Source: an uncultured Planctomycetaceae bacterium (GTDB lineage Bacteria > Planctomycetota > Planctomycetia > Planctomycetales > Planctomycetaceae). Taken from it: a stretch of DNA of 64,000 nt. A program made the position numbers and the translations under genes. Positions 62,004 to 64,000 of this stretch are shown one piece after another; positions within the stretch are counted from its first letter, which is position 1; each line of letters opens with the position of its first letter. The notes under the pieces are model-generated. The model was not told the origin of the DNA, made no database searches, and saw only the letters and a list, made by a program, of their open reading frames with translations. Where the stretch lies: contig CAWFAK010000005.1 of assembly GCA_963813715.1 (NCBI GenBank), positions 1,088,001 to 1,152,000 on the forward strand, given 5' to 3'.

Positions 62004-62792
62004 TCAGCGCGAGGGACGCTGCGCGAGTTCCGCTCGGGCGGCGGCGATTGTTTGCATCGTGCCTTTCCGCAGCAGCACGAAGTCAGCCCCCACGAGGAGC
62101 CATTGCACGCCGCGGTGAGCCCAGTCGGCCAACTCACTTGGTTCGGCGCTGCTGCCCAGGCCGACGAACTTGTTGGCCGCGCGAGCGCGCTTAATGACGA
62201 CATCAATCGCCTTTTGCACGTCAGGGTGGTCGTAGCGGCCGATGTGGCCCATCGAGCCGGCGAGATCGTTCGGACCGATCACGATGCCCGACAGCCCGTC
62301 GGTCGCCAGAATCGCGTCGAGATTTTTGACGGCGTCAGCGTGCTCGATCTGCACGTTGACCATGATCGATTCGTCGGCCGCCTGACAGAAGGCGGGGCCG
62401 GTGTCGCGACCGTATCGGCTCGCACGGCGCGGCCCGAAGCCGCGGATGCCCTTGGGGGGATAGCGGCACGCGGCGACGGCGAGGGCTGCCTCCTCGGCCG
62501 TCCGAATCAACGGCACGATCATCGCCGGGGCGCCATTGTCGAGCACCGGCTTGATCAGCACCGGGTCGTTCCAGGCGACGCGGACCAGCGGAAAGGCCGA
62601 CGTTCCTTTGACCGCCATCAGGTGCGATTGAATCGTCTCGAGCGTCAGCGGACCGTGCTCGGCGTCGATCCAGACAAAGTCGAGCTCGCCGGCCAACAGC
62701 TCGGTGATCGCCGGGTCGTTGAACGTGATGGCTGTGCCGAAGCAGACTTCGCCGCGCAGCATTTTTTCGCGAAAGGGATCGAGGGTGAGCAT
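62004..62792 (-). CDS. HpcH/HpaI aldolase family protein
   Basis: WIDAEHG, YPPKGIRGFG, QIEH and IGPNDL. Confidence 0.92.
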   Translation of the reverse strand: MLTLDPFREKMLRGEVCFGTAITFNDPAITELLAGELDFVWIDAEHGPLTLETIQSHLMAVKGTSAFPLVRVAWNDPVLIKPVLDNGAPAMIVPLIRTAEEAALAVAACRYPPKGIRGFGPRRASRYGRDTGPAFCQAADESIMVNVQIEHADAVKNLDAILATDGLSGIVIGPNDLAGSMGHIGRYDHPDVQKAIDVVIKRARAANKFVGLGSSAEPSELADWAHRGVQWLLVGADFVLLRKGTMQTIAAARAELAQRPSR

Positions 62793-62953
62793 GAGGGCTC
62801 CGGCAGTTTGACGGGCGGGGTGGTCCGGTGATTTCGCGCGTCGGTTGTCGACGGCTCTGGTCCTCTTTATTGTCCAGCCATCGGTCGAATTCAATCGAGG
62901 CGCCAGTTTCAATCGAGGCCCCAGTGCTCGTCGCCCAATGGAGCGAGGCCCGC

Positions 62954-63576
62954 GTGGACATTCGCGAGTTACGGCCATCGGAATTTGTCGCGGCGGCCCG
63001 GCTGCTGACCCCGCGATGCACGAGAATCCGATCGACGTCGCCGTCTTCGGCCCGGACCCGGATCGCCGCCAGCGCGTGCTGTTTCCTTTCTTTCGCCGCG
63101 AGCTGACGGGGCTTGCCGGGCGGGGCCTGTTGATCGGCGCCTTCGACGCGTCCGTCATGCAAGGCGTCTGTTGCATGGCCCGACCGGGCCGCTGTCAGCC
63201 GACGTTCGGCGAAAAAGTGCGAATGATCGGCACACTGACGGCCAGCGGCGCGCTCGACGCGATGCCACGGCTGGCGGGCTTTGTGGGCGAGTGGGCACGC
63301 CATGATCCGAAACAGCCACATTGGCACGTGGGTCCCGTCGGCGTCGATCCGCAGTCGCAGGGTCGGGGCGTCGGCAGCGCGCTCATCGCCGACTTTTGTC
63401 GCCGCATGGATGACGCCGGCGACTTCGCCTATCTGGAGACGGACAAGCGCGAGAACGTGCCGTTCTACGAGAAGCACGGCTTCAAAGTCGTGCACGACGG
63501 ACCTGTGCTCGGCCTGCAGAACTGGTACATGTCGCGGCAAGCGCGGCGGGGCAAGACCGCATCGCCTCCCGAATGA
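62954..63576 (+). CDS. GNAT N-acetyltransferase, 5' frameshift
   Basis: VGVDPQSQGRGVGSALI, AYLET and FYEKHGF. Confidence 0.9.
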
Positions 63577-63608
63577 TTGCAAGGTGGGAATCGATCGCTC
63601 TCGCGTGT

Positions 63609-64000
63609 TCAGACGGCGGCCGCCTTGCGTGTCTTGCCGAACACTGCTTTGTTGAGCGCGGGCATCAGCTCGTTCTGGTACAGCTCGAGGCTGCGGAGCC
63701 AGGCGTCCTTGTCGTCCCAGTCGTAGCTCATCGTGACGAGCGAACCGATGGGGCCCGTCTCCTCGATCAGCGCCAGCAGCCGGCCCAGCACGTGATCGAC
63801 GTCCCCCGCCAGAATCTGCTCCGACATCAAATAGTCGAGCTGGCAGTCGGCGTCGCTCATGTTGGGGTCGCGCTTGTAGATGCGGCGGCCCAGGCCTTTG
63901 TCGAACAGGCGGCCGATGTACTGGTAGTTCTTGCCGAGTGAATTCGTGCGGGCTCGCTCTTGGGCCTCGCGGGTGGTGTCGGCCAGGAAGATCGAGCGGG
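63609..64000 (-). CDS. Luciferase-like (LLM) flavin-dependent monooxygenase, 3' part only
   Basis: RSIFLADT..EA..., AGDVDHV...SLELYQNELMPAL C-terminus; the ORF runs off the window. Confidence 0.65.
   Translation of the reverse strand, partial: RSIFLADTTREAQERARTNSLGKNYQYIGRLFDKGLGRRIYKRDPNMSDADCQLDYLMSEQILAGDVDHVLGRLLALIEETGPIGSLVTMSYDWDDKDAWLRSLELYQNELMPALNKAVFGKTRKAAAV

Noticed and set aside
62890..62926. TTCAATCGAGGC(G/C)CCAGT tandem pair resembling a CRISPR repeat end
   Set aside because: Only two abutting copies, no spacers and no cas genes; more likely an operator or a local duplication

Overview
GC-rich bacterial chromosomal segment, most likely Planctomycetota (inferred from gene content such as DUF1080, DUF11/OmcB-like, tandem YfhO proteins and planctomycete-type hypotheticals). 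It is mostly housekeeping and envelope genes: lysS, lolCE/D, rsmD, hup, csrA, tRNA-Glu, leuS, nfo, recJ, pcm, xerC, two ABC systems and a pseudaminic-acid operon that carries a formyltransferase instead of PseH. Many genes, including essential lysS, are split by single-base frameshifts, which points to long-read indel errors rather than true pseudogenes. The most notable structure is non-coding. (i) Two mutually inverted mosaic repeat islands (about 45-2145 and 30905-33305) are built from several REP-like modules. One hosts an IS4 element with an 11-bp TSD that is the repeat motif itself. The other hosts an IS621-like IS110 element whose CT core, junction promoter and bridge-RNA guide segments can be read from the sequence. 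(ii) A roughly 400-nt, multi-domain, + strand structured RNA candidate lies between hup and csrA. (iii) A small terminated RNA candidate with ANGGA motifs lies upstream of leuS. Protein oddities include an inositol-phosphate-synthase homolog lacking its catalytic domain and a Zn-ribbon/HEPN-motif protein next to the second repeat island.
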